Both the position numbers and the translations under genes were made by a program. A stretch of 63,628 nucleotides of DNA, counting the filler, from Reclinomonas americana ATCC 50394 (taxonomy: Eukaryota): the NCBI GenBank assembly GCA_048213135.1. It is 16 parts of 16 records of this genome, joined end to end, with 100 filler letters (N's around TTAATTAATTAA, not from the genome) between each part and the next. Parts side by side here need not be neighbours in the genome. Positions count along the whole stretch, not along the records: positions 1 to 5,497 come from AFZH01021822.1; positions 5,598 to 12,207 come from AFZH01021825.1; positions 12,308 to 19,919 come from AFZH01021826.1; 13 more parts are not named here. One strand, given 5' to 3'. The notes beneath the pieces were generated by a model that saw only the letters and a program-made list of their open reading frames with translations, was not told where the DNA came from and did not search any database. Positions 1 to 13,565 of the stretch are shown here, piece after piece (position 1 is the stretch's first letter; every line of letters starts with the position of its first letter).

Positions 1-157
1 TGACGACGCACCATTCCTCGTGCATCACCCATCCAAGTGAAAAGCGCGCATTCTGTTTTGTTGTTAAATTCTTCACCAAGGACCACAACATGTCTTTTCT
101 CTCACTGCGTGTGTCTCTCTTACTTTCTCCCTCTTTCTGTATTTTTCTCTCTCTCTA

Positions 158-1448
158 CTAGCGCCACGACACATTGCCGATGCCCTGGAACGAGTTCTTC
201 AGGCCGCGCGGATTCGCCCACGCCGAGTTGAAATGTGTGTCTTCCTCGTCCTCCGTGAGGCGCTACGATGCCAGTGAGCAACAACAACAACAGCTCGTCA
301 CGCATGACAAGCTCTTTACCTTTTGCTCCTCCTGCTTCTTGTGGTAGTACGAGATGAGCTCCTTTTGCTGATCAGTGTCCAGCGGAGCCTCGCGCACCGG
401 TGGACCAGAGCCACGCTGCAGGCACACAAAGCAAGTGTCAGGCTCGCATCATAGCACAGAGGCTCAGATACACACACACACACACACACCTTGGCCAGCT
501 TGACAATGACTTTCGTCTTCTCGTTGCGGCCGACAAACTCGGCCAGCGACTTGTCGCGCGTCAGCTGCTTGCCGGCCCACCACACCACACACGAGTCGGG
601 ATTCTGCCAGTCCGCCGTGGCCTGCCCGCCCTCCTCCGCATCACGGCCCTCCAGAATCACCATGGCCGGATCGTGCTCCCCCAATCCCTCCGGGTACACA
701 ATCATCAGGGCTCCTCGCAGGTTCGCAAACTGCTCTTCCATCATCTCGTTGGTCAGTGGTCGTCGCGTCTCGTCCAGCTGCCACGCACCATGTGATCAGT
801 TATGCTCTCTCGCACACCACATGTGAGAGAAGAGGGGCAAGGCGCACCACTGCAAGAGCCTCTCTCCGCGTTCGATCCAACAGTGCGGCCATGTCAGCAG
901 AAGGAGCTGTCCAGCACGCGATCAGTGAGCAAGAGTGTGTGTGAGAGAGCAGCGTGTGTCTGTGAGTAGACGCAACGACCCGTGTATCGCAAGCCACTGG
1001 GGTCCACATTGGGATTGGAGGTGTCGACTGAGTGCACAGAGGTGAGACGACTGTGTGTGCATGAGAGAGACTGTGAGCAGAGAGACGCAACGCTCAGTCT
1101 CCAGACTTGACATGAACGCCTGATACTCGTCTGCGGTGCGTGCCTTGCCGTACTTGCTAATGTCATCAACAACCTGTGTGTGTGAGAGAGAAAGAGTGAG
1201 TAAACGCGCGAAACTGCCACCGTCCACTCTTTGACCGATGATCACTCTTTTTCCTTGTCTCTCTGCTTCTCTCTCTCCCTTGAGTGTGTGTGTGTGTTGC
1301 ACGCAACTGCACACAGGCGCACTAGCCGGCACCTGTTGTTCCACATGAGCGCCAGTTGTCGGGCCACGTCATCACACGAGGAGGCCGATGGGATCTCCAC
1401 CAGGAACTGCTCCTTCTCCGTCTTCCCCTTCAGATGCAAGAGAACCAT
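158..1448 (-). CDS. CFAP298: Cilia- and flagella-associated protein 298 (C21orf59/Kurly homolog), multi-exon
   Basis: Spliced product MVLLHLKG...RLCAVVDDISKYG...LRGALMIVYPEGL...WWAGKQLTRDKSLAEFVGRNEKTKVIVKL...ISYYHKKQEEQKRLTEDEEDTHFNSAWANPRGLKNSFQGIGNVSWR*. It matches C21orf59 motifs end to end. GT-AG introns; TAG at 158-160. Confidence 0.93.
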
Positions 1449-1580
1449 GCTTGTTCTTGTGTGTTGTTACTCTGCTTACTCACTCACTCACTCACTTGCT
1501 CAACGCTCGACAACAACGCAATGATCGGAATAGATTACAAGCGACCAGACAGAGGACATGCAAAGTCTTTTGTTGTTGTT

Positions 1581-4500
1581 TTACTGTCTGCCTTGCGGGC
1601 CGAGTGCAAAGCGGAGAGCGTTGACCCACTCATCGCGCTGTGCCTTGGTGCGAGCCTCAAAGTCCAGCGAGCGACCGGGGCCCACCAGTGAAAAGTACAA
1701 GTTTGAGTTGACAGCTGCATTTGTAAAGACATGTGAGCTATTGACTGCTTCTTGGCGATGCGTGGAGTGCGATCTCACCAGAGCCTGTTCGTCGCAGAAT
1801 GTCGGTCGAGAGGCCTTCGCTGATGGTGTTGTAGTCGGAGAGCGGGAACTCGCGCTCGGTGCGCTTGCGCTGCTCGTCGGTCCACGACAGCATCCGCTTC
1901 GTGATGTCCACCGACACCCAGCGTGTGTGTGGCGAACCGCGTCGTCCGTGCTTTGTGAGCAGTGCGCCCTCGGTCAGCAGGCGCACCATGGCCTCCTCGT
2001 CTCGACGACGCGTCTCCGCCTCCTCCGCCTCTCGCTTCCGCCGCGCTTCCTCCTCCTGCTGTCGCAAGCGAATCAGCTCGGCAGCTCGGCGTGCGGCCTC
2101 GGCGGCACGTGCTTCTTCGGCGCGCTTCTGCTCCAGTTCCTCACGCTGCCGCCGCATCTCATCCTGCCGTCGCGCCTCCTCCTCTTGCCGTCTGCACACA
2201 CCGCCACACATGAGTTGCTTGCACATAGAGAAACAACGATTCTGGCGACACTCACCTCCGGTCCTCTTGTCGACGCTTTTCGGCTTCTTGCTCCTCGCGA
2301 AGCAGGCGCTGTTTCTCTGCGTTGGAAGGCGATCAGCGAACTCTCGCAATGAGTTTTCCCTCCCCTTCACGCCTGCACACCTTCTTCAATCCGGCGCGCC
2401 TCGGATTCGAGCCACGCCCTCTCCTCGGCGGCCTTGCGCTCCAGCTCTGCTGCCCGCCGAGCGGCCTCCTCCTCGAGACGGCGTTTTTCCAGTTCGCGCT
2501 CCAGCCGACGGGCCTCCTCCTCGCGTCGCCTCTCCTCCTCGATGCGCTTGCGCTCTTCCTCGGCACGCCGCTTGGCCTCCTCCTCCATTCGCCTGGCCTC
2601 CTCTTCACGGCGTTTGCGCTCATTCTCGCGTGCCAAGGCGGCAGCCGCCAGCGACTACAATCGCACGTTGTGAGCCGCAAAGGCACAGGGAGAGCAACGG
2701 AGTCATCGTACAACGCACTCGGAAAAAGGTGGCCGCTTCGTTGCGATCGGGGCCCGCCCACGACTCGCACTCAAACGCAGTCATGACAATGCACTGCTTG
2801 TCGGCAGTGAGTGCCATGCAGTCGCCCGTGCGTACCACATTCCGCGTCCGCATCGCATTCTGCAACTCGCGCGAGGCCACCTCTCGCGCCGCAATGTCGT
2901 CAAACGGCTGCGAGCTGCTCAGCGGGCACGCTGTGTTGACAAAGCAGAACGAGCCGACCATCTCGCGCAGCAGCCGGAATGAGTCGCCGAGCTCGCGATG
3001 CATCTGGGAAAGAGGGCAACAGCGTATGAGCCAGCAGTTTCAATAACACGCGAAAGAGTGTAAGCAAGGACGCAACGTCCTTGAAGGCCAGCAGCACCGA
3101 CGACGGCGGCACGCTCGGACTGTCCTCCACCAGGAACATCTTGAGTGCAATTGGCGCGAATCGCAGGCCGAGATACGTCTCCACAGCAAACTGCAGCAAA
3201 CGAAAAAGTGAGCTACATGAACAGCAGTTCACGAACGATCGACAAAACAGCACTCACCTCCACAGGTGTGCGAATCTGTGCCTCCATGATCCGCGTGAAT
3301 GCGTCCGTGTAGCTGCAACAGCTCGGCACGTTAGAGAAAGAGAGAGGTGAGCACGCTTGCCGGCCACACATCGCACCTCCTCGACCGCTGCACCATGCTC
3401 GCCGAGATAAGTCGATCCTCCAAACAGATCTCGAACCCAATGGCGCGCGCCACATCCTCCGGTTCGTACAGTGCCGACACTGCGGGGCAGAAGGGGGAAG
3501 TGTTACAGAGGGCAGCGAACAAGGCTGAAGAGCACAATCCACCACTCACGCACCAGAACCGTCGGACAACACATTGATTTCATAATACAAGTGCTTCGAC
3601 ACAGCGTCCCACACCAGATACTCGGGCGAGTCGCGAGTCGGCGCCATGCTGTGACCACCAAGCATGTGAGCAACGACAAGCGCCAGCACGTGGTATGAAT
3701 GAGGGGAAGCACGGCAATACAGACCGCACGCGAAGCACAGAGACCGTCTCGCGGAAGTGAGCGAGAATGTCGGCCTTGAGCGAGGCTGGACGCGACTGCA
3801 CGCAGTAGTTCACGCCGAGCGCCATGTTCTTGAGACAGTCCTTTTGTCGCAGCAAGGCAAGAACGTGACCTTGCCAGAATTCGCTGTCCAGGTGCTCACG
3901 GAAGCTCGCGTAGTCCACCTGGGGCGGTTGAGGTGAGACGAGCACATGAGAAACGCGCTGCACGTGCAACAAGAACACTACCTGCACTTCAATGCCGTAG
4001 CCGTACACACTCGACACTACAGCCTGTGCGAGCTCCACCTCTTGCTCCAGGAGGTTCTTCAGGCGAATCGAGTTCAGCCCGAAACACGCACCCAGTGTCA
4101 TGGCGATCTCGTCGGCCTGGTGCGCCACAGAAGATACGATGAGTCTCTAACTTGAGCAGTGATGCGCAGCGATGCTGCCTCACCGGTGCACACTGGAACG
4201 TGTCGTCACCGTCCACGTCAATCGCCCGCACCACCAGACCCTGCTCCAGTGTGCACGACACGGGCGACGTCGAGTCGTCGTATGCACGCTCACGAGGAAC
4301 CAAACTGCAGTGCAGGTGAGTTGCTGAGTGAGGAACAGCAAATATGCGTTGCTCACCCAAACTCGATGCGCGACAAGTGCTTGATAATGAGAGCTCGTCC
4401 AAGAGCGTCGCCACATGCGAGCTCGAGACCCTGTGAATCATGAGTGCCACATCATATCAACAGTTGGCGAAGCAGCAACACACAACTGCTTTCGTCATTG

Positions 4501-5497
4501 GCAGCAGGGTCTTGCGGTAGAAAAGCACCGCAAACTCCACCGAGCGGGCATGCAGGATTTCATCCTCGCGAACCACAAGTTGAATCTGCGCAGCAACTGT
4601 GATGAGCAGCAGCAGCAGCAGCAGCAGTTGGAAGCAACTCGAATCGCACGCAACATCCTTGCCCAGCAGTTGCTGCAAGTCGGCGCGCAGCGTGCGCAGC
4701 GGCTTGCCTCGAATAAACACGGCAATCGATACATGCTTGACCCACTGTGCACATTGCTCCCTCAGCACACGATCCATCACGCTAGCTTCACCGAGAATAC
4801 GTACCTCCGACAAAACCGCCTGCAGCACCTCCGTCGGCGGCAACTGCGCCACACCGTGCTCATCCACGCGGTAATCGACGACAAACTCATCGCCACGGAA
4901 GACGGCACCCAGATCGTTGTCGCCCTCCTCCTTGTACACGAGTCTGCGGCGATGGCGAGTGAGATCAACCAAATGAACATGCGAGGTGGGCGACGACAAT
5001 TGAACGCAACAAAATGCGCTTCAGCGCCTTGCTATACAACTCCCTCGTACTGTGGGAAGAGCGCGCCAACTGCAACAGTGCCTGTTCGAGGGCCGGCAGT
5101 GGTGGTCGTTGCCGGAAGCAATCGCAGATGCTCTGCGGAGAGGGAAAGCTGAGAACTCGGCACCTTCGCGAGGAAGGATATTATCTTTCGCACCTGCGGG
5201 TCCGGCGCAGTCACAATCAGCGCCGTGTCGGCCTCGACCGCGATCGAGGCACCGACTGACGCAGACAGGTTGCTGCTCGTGCCCGCGAGACCGGTCTTCA
5301 CCAACTGCGTGCATTCAATCACAACGTCGGCCACAATGCGGATCACCAACCGCACGCCTCCTTCTCCAGCCTCACCTCGAGAAGCGGCGACTGCCGCCGA
5401 ATCTGGTGCAAGATCATGTCCACAGAGAACGAGTCGGTGGGCGGGTACAGCAGCACCAGCAGTCCGCCAGCCACCAAGCCACTGTGCTGCTGCTCGG
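1581..5497 (-). CDS. Large protein with E/R/K-rich helical stalk and C-terminal PH domain (5' end in gap)
   Basis: C-terminal exons give LLTEGALLTKHGRRGSPHTRWVSV...LSWTD...FSLVGPGRSLDFEARTKAQRDEWVNALR (PH domain). These follow ERKRREEEARR-type repeats at 1990-2640. Upstream exons I checked splice in frame; TAA at 1581. Confidence 0.7.
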
Positions 5498-5597
5498 NNN
5501 NNNNNNNNNNNNNNNNNNNNNNNNNNNNNNNNNNNNNNNNNTTAATTAATTAANNNNNNNNNNNNNNNNNNNNNNNNNNNNNNNNNNNNNNNNNNNN
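5498..5597. other. Artificial scaffold spacer N44-TTAATTAATTAA-N44 (first of 15)
   Basis: Identical 100-nt spacers with six-frame stops start at 5498, 12208, 19920, 24567, 28624, 33928, 35717, 42566, 44115, 45464, 47401, 51012, 54238, 55774 and 61234. The cyclin, MORN5, AAA ATPase, WD40 and cyclophilin genes continue across them, so the contigs are ordered. Confidence 0.98.
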
Positions 5598-6254
5598 TTT
5601 TCTCTCCCTCTCCTTTCTTTGTCTGTCTGTCTGTGCCGCAGCTTGCGTGGCGTGCCGCTCTTGTCGGTGACGTATGAAACGTCCCTGAGTGAGAGTGCTG
5701 CTGCTGCCGCGCTCGCACTGTAGTTCTACTCTGTGCTGCCCTTGGTTTTTTTTGCCTGCTCTACCGTTTCTCGCCTCCTCCTTTGAGTCGCTCTCGCTGT
5801 GGCCGCACGCTGTCCGTCACTTGCAAGTGACTGGTCCGCTTTAGTGTGCCCGTGCGTTTGCACCGCTGGTTGGCGACAAGCAACTACTACCACCTTGCGG
5901 CGTCGCTTTTGTCAAGCCGACGCCGCTGTTTGACTCGGAATTCAAGGCTTCATCCAATCTGGCCTTTCTCTCTATCTCTCTCTCTCTCTCCTCTTTTGTA
6001 TTTCATTTACAACCCTTTCTCTCTCTCTCTCTCCTTCCTCCGTGTGTGTATGTGGTGTGCGATGTGTGCCAAACTTTGCTGCTACTGCAAACAAAAACAG
6101 CTTTTGTAAAAGCTCATAAGGTTTTGAACGTCGTCGTGGGAATGAAAACGTCGCCGTTTGTAAGGACACGTGAAGGGACGGGGCCGGACGGCAAGAAGCG
6201 AAGTCGAAGGAGCTCTGCGTGTTGCGCGTGTGTGTCTCGTTGTGACCACTAGCA

Positions 6255-6785
6255 ATGACGGGTGCGCGTGGCAGTGGTAGCCACCACCACCTCGCCTCCT
6301 CCAACACGAGCAACGCCCACCCCAATCCGGTGCCACAACGCATTCTCTCCTCTTCCTCGTCTTCTGCTTCTGCATCCTCGCCTGCCAACACAACAGGCAC
6401 TTCATCTCCATCGCCCTCCTCCTTGTCGTCATCATCGTCGTCGTCGACAACAACAATGGAACGAGTGCGCGCGTGTTGTCGCACTGAGCTGGTGGTGTTG
6501 GCCTATCTGTTGTTGCATCTCGGCTTGCAATACGTCAACATCTATCGTGCGGTGAGTGGGCATGAGAGAGAGAGAGGCACACACAAGGACACACACGTGC
6601 ACACACTCCGTCCTTCTCTCTCTCTCACCGCACGACACACAGAGGCACACACACAAGGACACACACACACAAGGACACACACATGCACACACACTCACCC
6701 TCCTTCTCTCACTCTGTGCGTGCCTCTGTGTGTGGATGTGTGTGACAGAGAGAGAGAGAGAGTGCGTGTCGCTCACTCTCTGTGC

Positions 6786-6823
<38 letters not shown>

Positions 6824-8271
6824 CACACACTCACACACACTCTCCTCACTCTCTCCCTCTCCCTCTGAGAATGCGTGATGATACTGATGATTGTTGTTGT
6901 TGGTGGTGCTGGAATGCAGAACTTTTTCAACTATGACCTGTTTGTGATTGCGATTGTGGCACTGGTGCTGCTCATGCGCCTTCTCTTTCAACTGTATGAG
7001 CGATCAGTGTATGAGGCGTCGCCGGCGGCGGTGACGCTGCAGCGGTCAGTTGTCGTGGCATTGGCGGTGGCCTCGTTCCTCCTCGCGGCGCTGCTGCTCG
7101 TGTCGCTGCAGCGTTACTCGTTCAAGAGAGTTCTCTTCCTCGCCTTGCCGTTGCGTTCATCCTCCCATGCTTGTTCGGGGGAGCGAGGGCGAGAAGCAGT
7201 GCGCTCACGAGCGTGGAGCGTGCGCGCAGACTCGTGTTCTACTTGATTGTGTTTGTGCGAGGAGGAACGGCGTTGAAAAAGGCCGAGACGCTGGCCCTCG
7301 ACGCCAAGGATGTGCGAGTGGTGGCGGCGAAGCGCATCATCTTTGAGATCCAACTGCTGCTCTATCGCAGCTTTGAGGGTGCATTTCTGGTCGGCAATGT
7401 GCCCATGATTTTTGTGGTAGTTGCGTTTCTTTCAAGGCCCCGCTTGCCACGCACGCACTCGTGCGCGCGTGTGTGTGCTCACTCTCATCGTCGCAGGAAA
7501 CCACCGTGTTCTTCGACTTGTGGAGATGTGGATCATTCTTCTTCTTTGTGTTTTTCAACATGCTCGTGCTGCTCGGCTCCGACATGTTGTATGCACAAGC
7601 GGAGAACTTGAACACACACGCGTCGTCGGTGGGCTGCTGGGTTACATTTAGAGACAGAGACAGCGAATTAGACAGGTGCGTTTGTTGTTGTTGCTGCTGC
7701 TGTGTTCCGCAGGCTCACTGCAGTGGTTCTTCTTCGCCAGACGGTCACTGGTGGAATGGTCGGCTGCGCATGCACCCTACAAGGAGGGCTCGGTGGTGCT
7801 CTGGAAGGGCAAGACATACGTGGCACTCGGCGACTCGAACGTCAATCCACCAGGGGTTCCCACAGACATTTTCATCTTTGTGCGTTTCCACTCAGCTGCA
7901 CCAATCGCTAGTAGCCGTCTCACTTTGCTTCCATGCAGTACCTGTTTGTGAACTGCGAAATGACGCAAGTATGGCTGGTGCGACTGCAGGGCCTGATCGC
8001 CCTCTCTCAGCTGGCCATGGTGGCCAACTCGGTGCACTGGGCCATCTACTCCTGCATGTTCCTGCTCAACACCATCCTCTTTATCGTGGTGGTACGGCGG
8101 AAGCGCTACATCACACGCGCTTTGGCCGCACGCGCAGCGCAGGCAGCGAATGGCGGCCTAGACGTCGGCAGCGGTGGCGGCTCCAACTCACCTGCCGCGT
8201 TCCCCGCCGAGGCGAACGCAGCAAGGAAGTTGTCCGCGACGCATCATCATCACCCTGTGCCGGTCAAGTAG
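6255..8271 (+). CDS. TMEM39: TMEM39-family multipass ER membrane protein
   Basis: LGLQYVNIYR motif, several hydrophobic helices, and EWSAAHAPYKEGSVVLWKGKTYVALGDSNVNPPG, resembling the TMEM39 WS..(P/Y)..G..V.H.K..YKA.G..NVA.P block. TAG at 8269-8271; start could also be ATG 6456. Confidence 0.8.
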
Positions 8272-8413
8272 TTTGTCGCGCGGGCTGCTGTGATGTGGGA
8301 TGACAAGTGGCTCCTCGACGCTTGCTGGGCAGTGTGGTGCAGCGCGTACGCCACCGACAGTGAACTCGAGAAAGAAACTTGTCATGCGTCTGTCCCCCAC
8401 CATCCTCATTTGA

Positions 8414-11400
8414 ATGCTGGAAAAGTCGAGGCGATGTGCTGCACATGTTCGCCGTGCCGTGCCGTCCGCAGCAGTGGGAGTGCCACTCTGCGTGTTCCTC
8501 GTCTTGCTCCTGCTCCTCGTAGCACCACTGCTGTGGAATGCGTCGCAAGAACCGGTCACCAGCGCTGTCACACACCGTGACGGCCGTGTGCTGAGCATTC
8601 CCTCGGCCCCGCGACGCACGACGACCACATCCACCGTGACCTATCGTCAGTGGTGGCCACGCGACTCGCCACCCGAAGGAGGAAGCGCCACCGACGATTA
8701 CGCGCGCAGACAAGATCGACATGCAATCCATGCGGATCATCAGCTGTTTGCGCCCCCAGTCGGAGACCGTGAGGCCGACTGCACGCTGCCGGTGAATGTC
8801 GGCGTGTCGGCCACTCGCTGCTTTGCATCGCCTGTGGCCGCTTCCGATTGCGGCTGCTTCACGCACGTGTTTGTCATTGATGTGCGCCTGTCGGCGTGGA
8901 TCACCGAGCTTCTCTCGCGTGTCGGCTGTGAGCTGCGGTGCGTCGACTCCACCCACGGCTGCAGTGTATACGTACGTCGGGCCCACTCACTTGCCGTTGT
9001 TTGCAGCGTGCACGTGGTCGATGAGGCATCGTGCGTGTTTCCAGTTGAGTGGCTGCGTCCGGGCGCTGTGCTGCTGGCGCAGCGATCGCAAGTGGCGCAA
9101 CTGAAATCGCTGGCCACGCGGCTGTCGTCACTTGTGCGGTGAGTGACTGTGTGCGCGCGCTCGTTGGATGCATACGGGGGAGGACTGACGGTGCAGGAGC
9201 AGAACTCTGACGGTGGTGTTGGTCGGCGATGAAGGCAACGACTTGGTTTCCTACGCTCGCTCCTTCTCGGCGGTGTTCTCGAGTCGATGGGAGACCGAGG
9301 GGCGACTGTCACTGGGCACGCTCTTGTCGTCGACATCACAGGCAGACAAGAGCTTGAATCTGGAACCCGCGCCCGCCGATCGTGTCGAGGCGGTGCCGAA
9401 TGTACGTATGCGCCTTTTTCCTTGTCACACACCCGCCTCGGCGCTGCAGCTGACTGCGATCGCACAGGCTTGGTGGCTACCGCTGGGATTCTCGTCGGTA
9501 CTGCTCAGAGTACACCGCAGCCGACGCTTTCTCGCACCGGCCAGTCAGCGCCCGCTTCTGTGGAGCTTTGCGGGAGTGATGGATGTGCGTGCGTTCGTCC
9601 GTCTGCCTACCTGCCTGACCCTGCAGCTGCCGTTCTCTCATGCCTGTTGCATACAGAGTGCGACCAGCGAGCGCGGAATGCTGCTTTCCTTGTTGCAGGA
9701 GGCAGTCAACAGCGATGTACTGGCACTTGGCACGGTGCACACGTCGACGATTAACACCGATCTGCTGGATGGCGAGTTGTACAGCCGGCTGGTGGCCGAG
9801 TCGGCGGTGGTTCCTGCGGTGGCCGACATGCGCGGCGCCGACACACATCGGTTGTGGGAGTGCTTGGAGGCGGCATGCATTCCCGTCGTAAAAGTGCATC
9901 CGGCACTGCAGCCGCACCTCGAGTTGCTGGCTCCACACTTGATTGTCGTGCAGAGCTGGTCGGAGTTTCCCGATGTCATTCGTCGTCTGGCCTCCGATCC
10001 CGAGCAACTCGACAGTCGTCAACGGGGCTTGCGTGTGGCGTGGTTGGTGCGTCGATTCACGCCAAAAATGTGTTCCTTGTCCTCACGATCACTGACCGGC
10101 CTTCTCCAGCGCCTGAAAGACCACTTTCGCCAGCAAATGACACTTGCCGTCGGTCGGCACACGCACAACTGGTCGCCAAAGAATGCAGCGGTGAAAGACA
10201 TGCAAGTGCCACCGTGGAGTCTCGCTCCATCTGCGCAGTCGGCGGTATCGTCCTGGTCGCTTCCGCAACCACTGACCATCGCACTGGACAAGTGCGGCTC
10301 CGAGTGCCACGCTGATCGTGTGGAGCGTGGCGTCCGTGAGGCCCGCTGTCTATTGCTCAGCGACACTGATATGTGCCCGTGCATCACGCACGTGTTTGTG
10401 CTGGTGGACGATGTATCCGACGAGTGGCTGTACCGTGTGCTCCTCCGTCACGTCGACTGCCACATTCGGTGAGTGCGCTGCCAATTGCAACCAACAACCT
10501 GACCGACGAGCGCGCTCTCACATACTGCGACAGCATTCATCGCATGTCGCACTGTCGCTGCTCGGTGGCGCCGCTGATTCCGCCGGCGTCGATATTGGTC
10601 ACCTCGTCGACTCTGGCGTGGTTCGCCGCCCTCAGCATCGACTTGGACACGACACTGGCCAGGCGCGTACACGCGTTCTTTGTTGGAATGCATGCACTTG
10701 GCGGTGACTGACACAACGGGCACAGAACGCTGCTGGTTGTTTTCGTGGGCAACGACGAAATCGGCGCACGGCAGTACGCCTTTGATTTTGGCTGGACGAT
10801 GATCGCCACCGACCTGCCACCTTCCGCCACATCTGTCGGCTACCTGCAGTCATTCTTGCAGACGGCACCGGCAGAGACGGTGCCGGCCTCGCATTCCGTC
10901 ACGGTCTCACTGCAGGAGGACTTGTCGGCGCACGGACGCATGACGGTGTGCATTTTTTTTTGGTCCCTCCCATCTGCCCCACTCGCAACTTGTGTTGATG
11001 ATATCTGTCGTCGCAGGTATCGTGGGTGCCTTGGATGCCCGGTAATCGGCTTTTGAGTTCGTCGCAGACCCCGCTGGCTTTCAAACCGCTGTCGCATCGT
11101 CGGTTTTTGTGGCTCCTCGTGTCATCGGCCACCGACGAGAACGGCGTGTTGCATTCTGCGGCACTGGCTCTGCAGGAGCTCATGGATGCGGTGGAGAACG
11201 GCGATTTGCGTGTGCGTGGTCGCGTCTTGCACTCACAGCTCGCGCTGTCGCGCGAAGCATGGAAGGCCATGTATACACGACGACTGAGTGAGAGTGCCGT
11301 CGTGATTGTCGATGTGGCCACCGAGCCGTACGTGCTGTGGGAGGCCTTGGAGGCTGGCTGTGTGCCGCTACTCTTTGCGCCCGCCGGCAGCGCGACAGGC

Positions 11401-11631
11401 GTGCACGCGGTGAATGAGCTGTTTGCCGGAGTAACATGGCTGCCCGTGGTCTCAGTCGTCGACGACTTGCCAGCGGCCTTGCGCACCGTGTCTTCGCTGA
11501 CACCCGACAAGCTGGATCAGTTGCAACGACGTGTGTATGCTCGATGGAACGCTCTCATCAGTGCTGTGCACGTCAGCGTGCAATGGCGACTGCGACAAGC
11601 AGCAAGCAGGTGGCCGTCCCGAGCAACATGA
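8414..11631 (+). CDS. Type II membrane glycosyltransferase with two tandem exostosin/GT47 (RXYLT1-like) domains
   Basis: N-terminal anchor VPLCVFLVLLLLLVAPLLW. Duplicated motifs VLVGDEGND...WWLPLG...THRLWECLEAACIPVV and VFVGNDEIG...WVPWMP...PYVLWEALEAGCVPLL match the exostosin (R/V)L(Y/W)EALEAGCIPV signature. Confidence 0.65.
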
Positions 11632-11724
11632 ACAACAACAGTATACACACATCGTTGGGCTTGTTTATGCAAGGGAAAGCTTGAAGTCAAAATCGATTTC
11701 CCTTGCCTCCGCCCGGTGTGCGTC

Positions 11725-12921
11725 TCAAAGATCCACGGTGACGCGAGTCGTCACGAGGGCCACCGAGTTGGCGCGCGAGCTCGACGACTTCTTGAAGCAG
11801 CTGCCCAGCTTCGATGTCGGTGCCGCCTTCACACCCTCGTTCAGCAGCGCCGCAACCTCCACAACCTCCGACTCCTCAAACGTCGTGTAGTGCTGCATCT
11901 GGTACGTCCACGACTCGCCGCGCGTCTGCGCGTACTTGCGTGCCAGATACATCGACGCCGCAGCCACCAGCGATGGCTTGAAGCGCAGCATGCGGTAGTC
12001 CAGCAGAGACAGCTCCGAAATGTACGTGGCCAGACCAGCCGTGGTCTCGTCCACCTCACCCGCCTTGCACCAGCGCGACATGAACGTGTGTGCCGTGGGC
12101 TGGGTCAGACCAAAGTTGAGGGTGGCCAGAATCAACCTCTCCATGCGCAGGATCTCGTCGCGAGTGTACGTCTTGGCCGAGATGTAGATGAAGTCGCGCA
12201 CCTCAGGNNNNNNNNNNNNNNNNNNNNNNNNNNNNNNNNNNNNNNNNNNNNTTAATTAATTAANNNNNNNNNNNNNNNNNNNNNNNNNNNNNNNNNNNNN
12301 NNNNNNNTGTTGGTCTCGCCAGCAATCGAGATGACCTCGTGAGACGACCGCGGAGCAGCAGCGGCGGAAGCCACGTCTGTGCAACGAATGAATGAATGGG
12401 AAGCAACAGTAAGTTTCGAGGTTTCCCCACGAGGTAGTGGAGAGATGCCAAAGTGAACGCAACTGAACATGCTGCTTGGAGCGGCGGCGGCGGCCGTGGG
12501 AACTCCCGAGTTGGAGATCAGGCGATTGGCGGCGCCGACAGTGGCCGTGGACGAGATGGCCGCAGGGCGACGAGCCTACAGGCAAGAAGATTAGCACGGT
12601 CGGCAGGCTGAATCATAGTTTTGTGTGGCGACGACGCACCACTCCAGCGGCGGGCACAGCAGTGGCGAGGGTGGGTGCGGCCGAACGAAGACCAGCACCG
12701 GCGGTGTTGGACAGATCGGAGAAGGCGCTGCGTGCCGTCGTCGGCACAGCGTTGGCCGTCAGAGTGTTGGTAGAGAAGGCAGTGGGGGGCGGTTTGTTGG
12801 GGAGAAAAGTGGCGCGTGCATTCTCCGCGTCAACGCCGCTTGTCGCCACGCCGAAAGAACGGGTGCTGAATTGTTGCTGCTGTTGAAACAAACAATCAAA
12901 ATATACATGAGTCGACGACAT
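11725..12921 (-). CDS. Mitotic A/B-type cyclin (middle of gene in gap)
   Basis: Cyclin box PEVRDFIYISAKTYTRDEILRMERLILATLNFGL...YISELSLLDYRMLRFKPSLVAAA at 11725-12207. N-terminal destruction box RSAFSDLSN near 12705-12732. Confidence 0.9.
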
Positions 12922-13565
12922 CCGGCAAGGCGACGACAGGTGTGCGTGTACGCTCGCCAAGGATAAGGAAGCAAGCAAAGGAGAGCAGAGAGACAGACAA
13001 GAGACGCTGATGCAACCGGCGGTATGTTCGACAACTGTCTGGCGCGTGCCTACGCTGACTCTCTTTCCGAGTGTGGCACTCGTTCCGACGCGTTCCTCGC
13101 GCCTCTCTCTTCCTTCTTTCTTCCCCCGTCTCCGTCCCACTTGCGCGGTGATATTCCGTGCACGAGCACGAGCAGAGGAGTGCAAGAAGTGCGAACAGGG
13201 CGCGTGTGGACGAACAGAGGAACATGCAGAAAGGAAAATATGCGAGAGATGCGAGAGATGCAACGTACCCGAGTGGCCATGGTGCTGATGGTTAGTTAGT
13301 GGAGGTGAGAGTGGTGGTGGTGGTGTTGATTGGACTGTGGCATGCGATCAAGTCAGCAATGCGCGCAAAATAAAGGAAACAAATGTGAGCGACGAGCAAG
13401 CGCGACAAACCACGGACGGACGTCGTCGACGTGTGTGTGTGTGGGTGCGTGTGCGGTGGGGGAGGGAGGGGGGAGGGGGAGGAGAGAGCAGGAAGGAAGT
13501 GTGTGTCTCTTCTCTCACAGAATGCTTGAAAAACAAAGCGTGCCGACCGTTGGGCGCCGGAAATT

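Noticed and set aside
5174..5181. ATATCCTT on the minus strand, a possible second U12 donor
   Set aside because: It lies inside an ordinary GTGCGA...CAG intron that already restores the frame, and no U12 branch motif follows.
5498..5597. TTAATTAATTAA motif recurring 15 times
   Set aside because: Always centred in 44+44 Ns; an artificial six-frame-stop scaffold linker, not a biological repeat.
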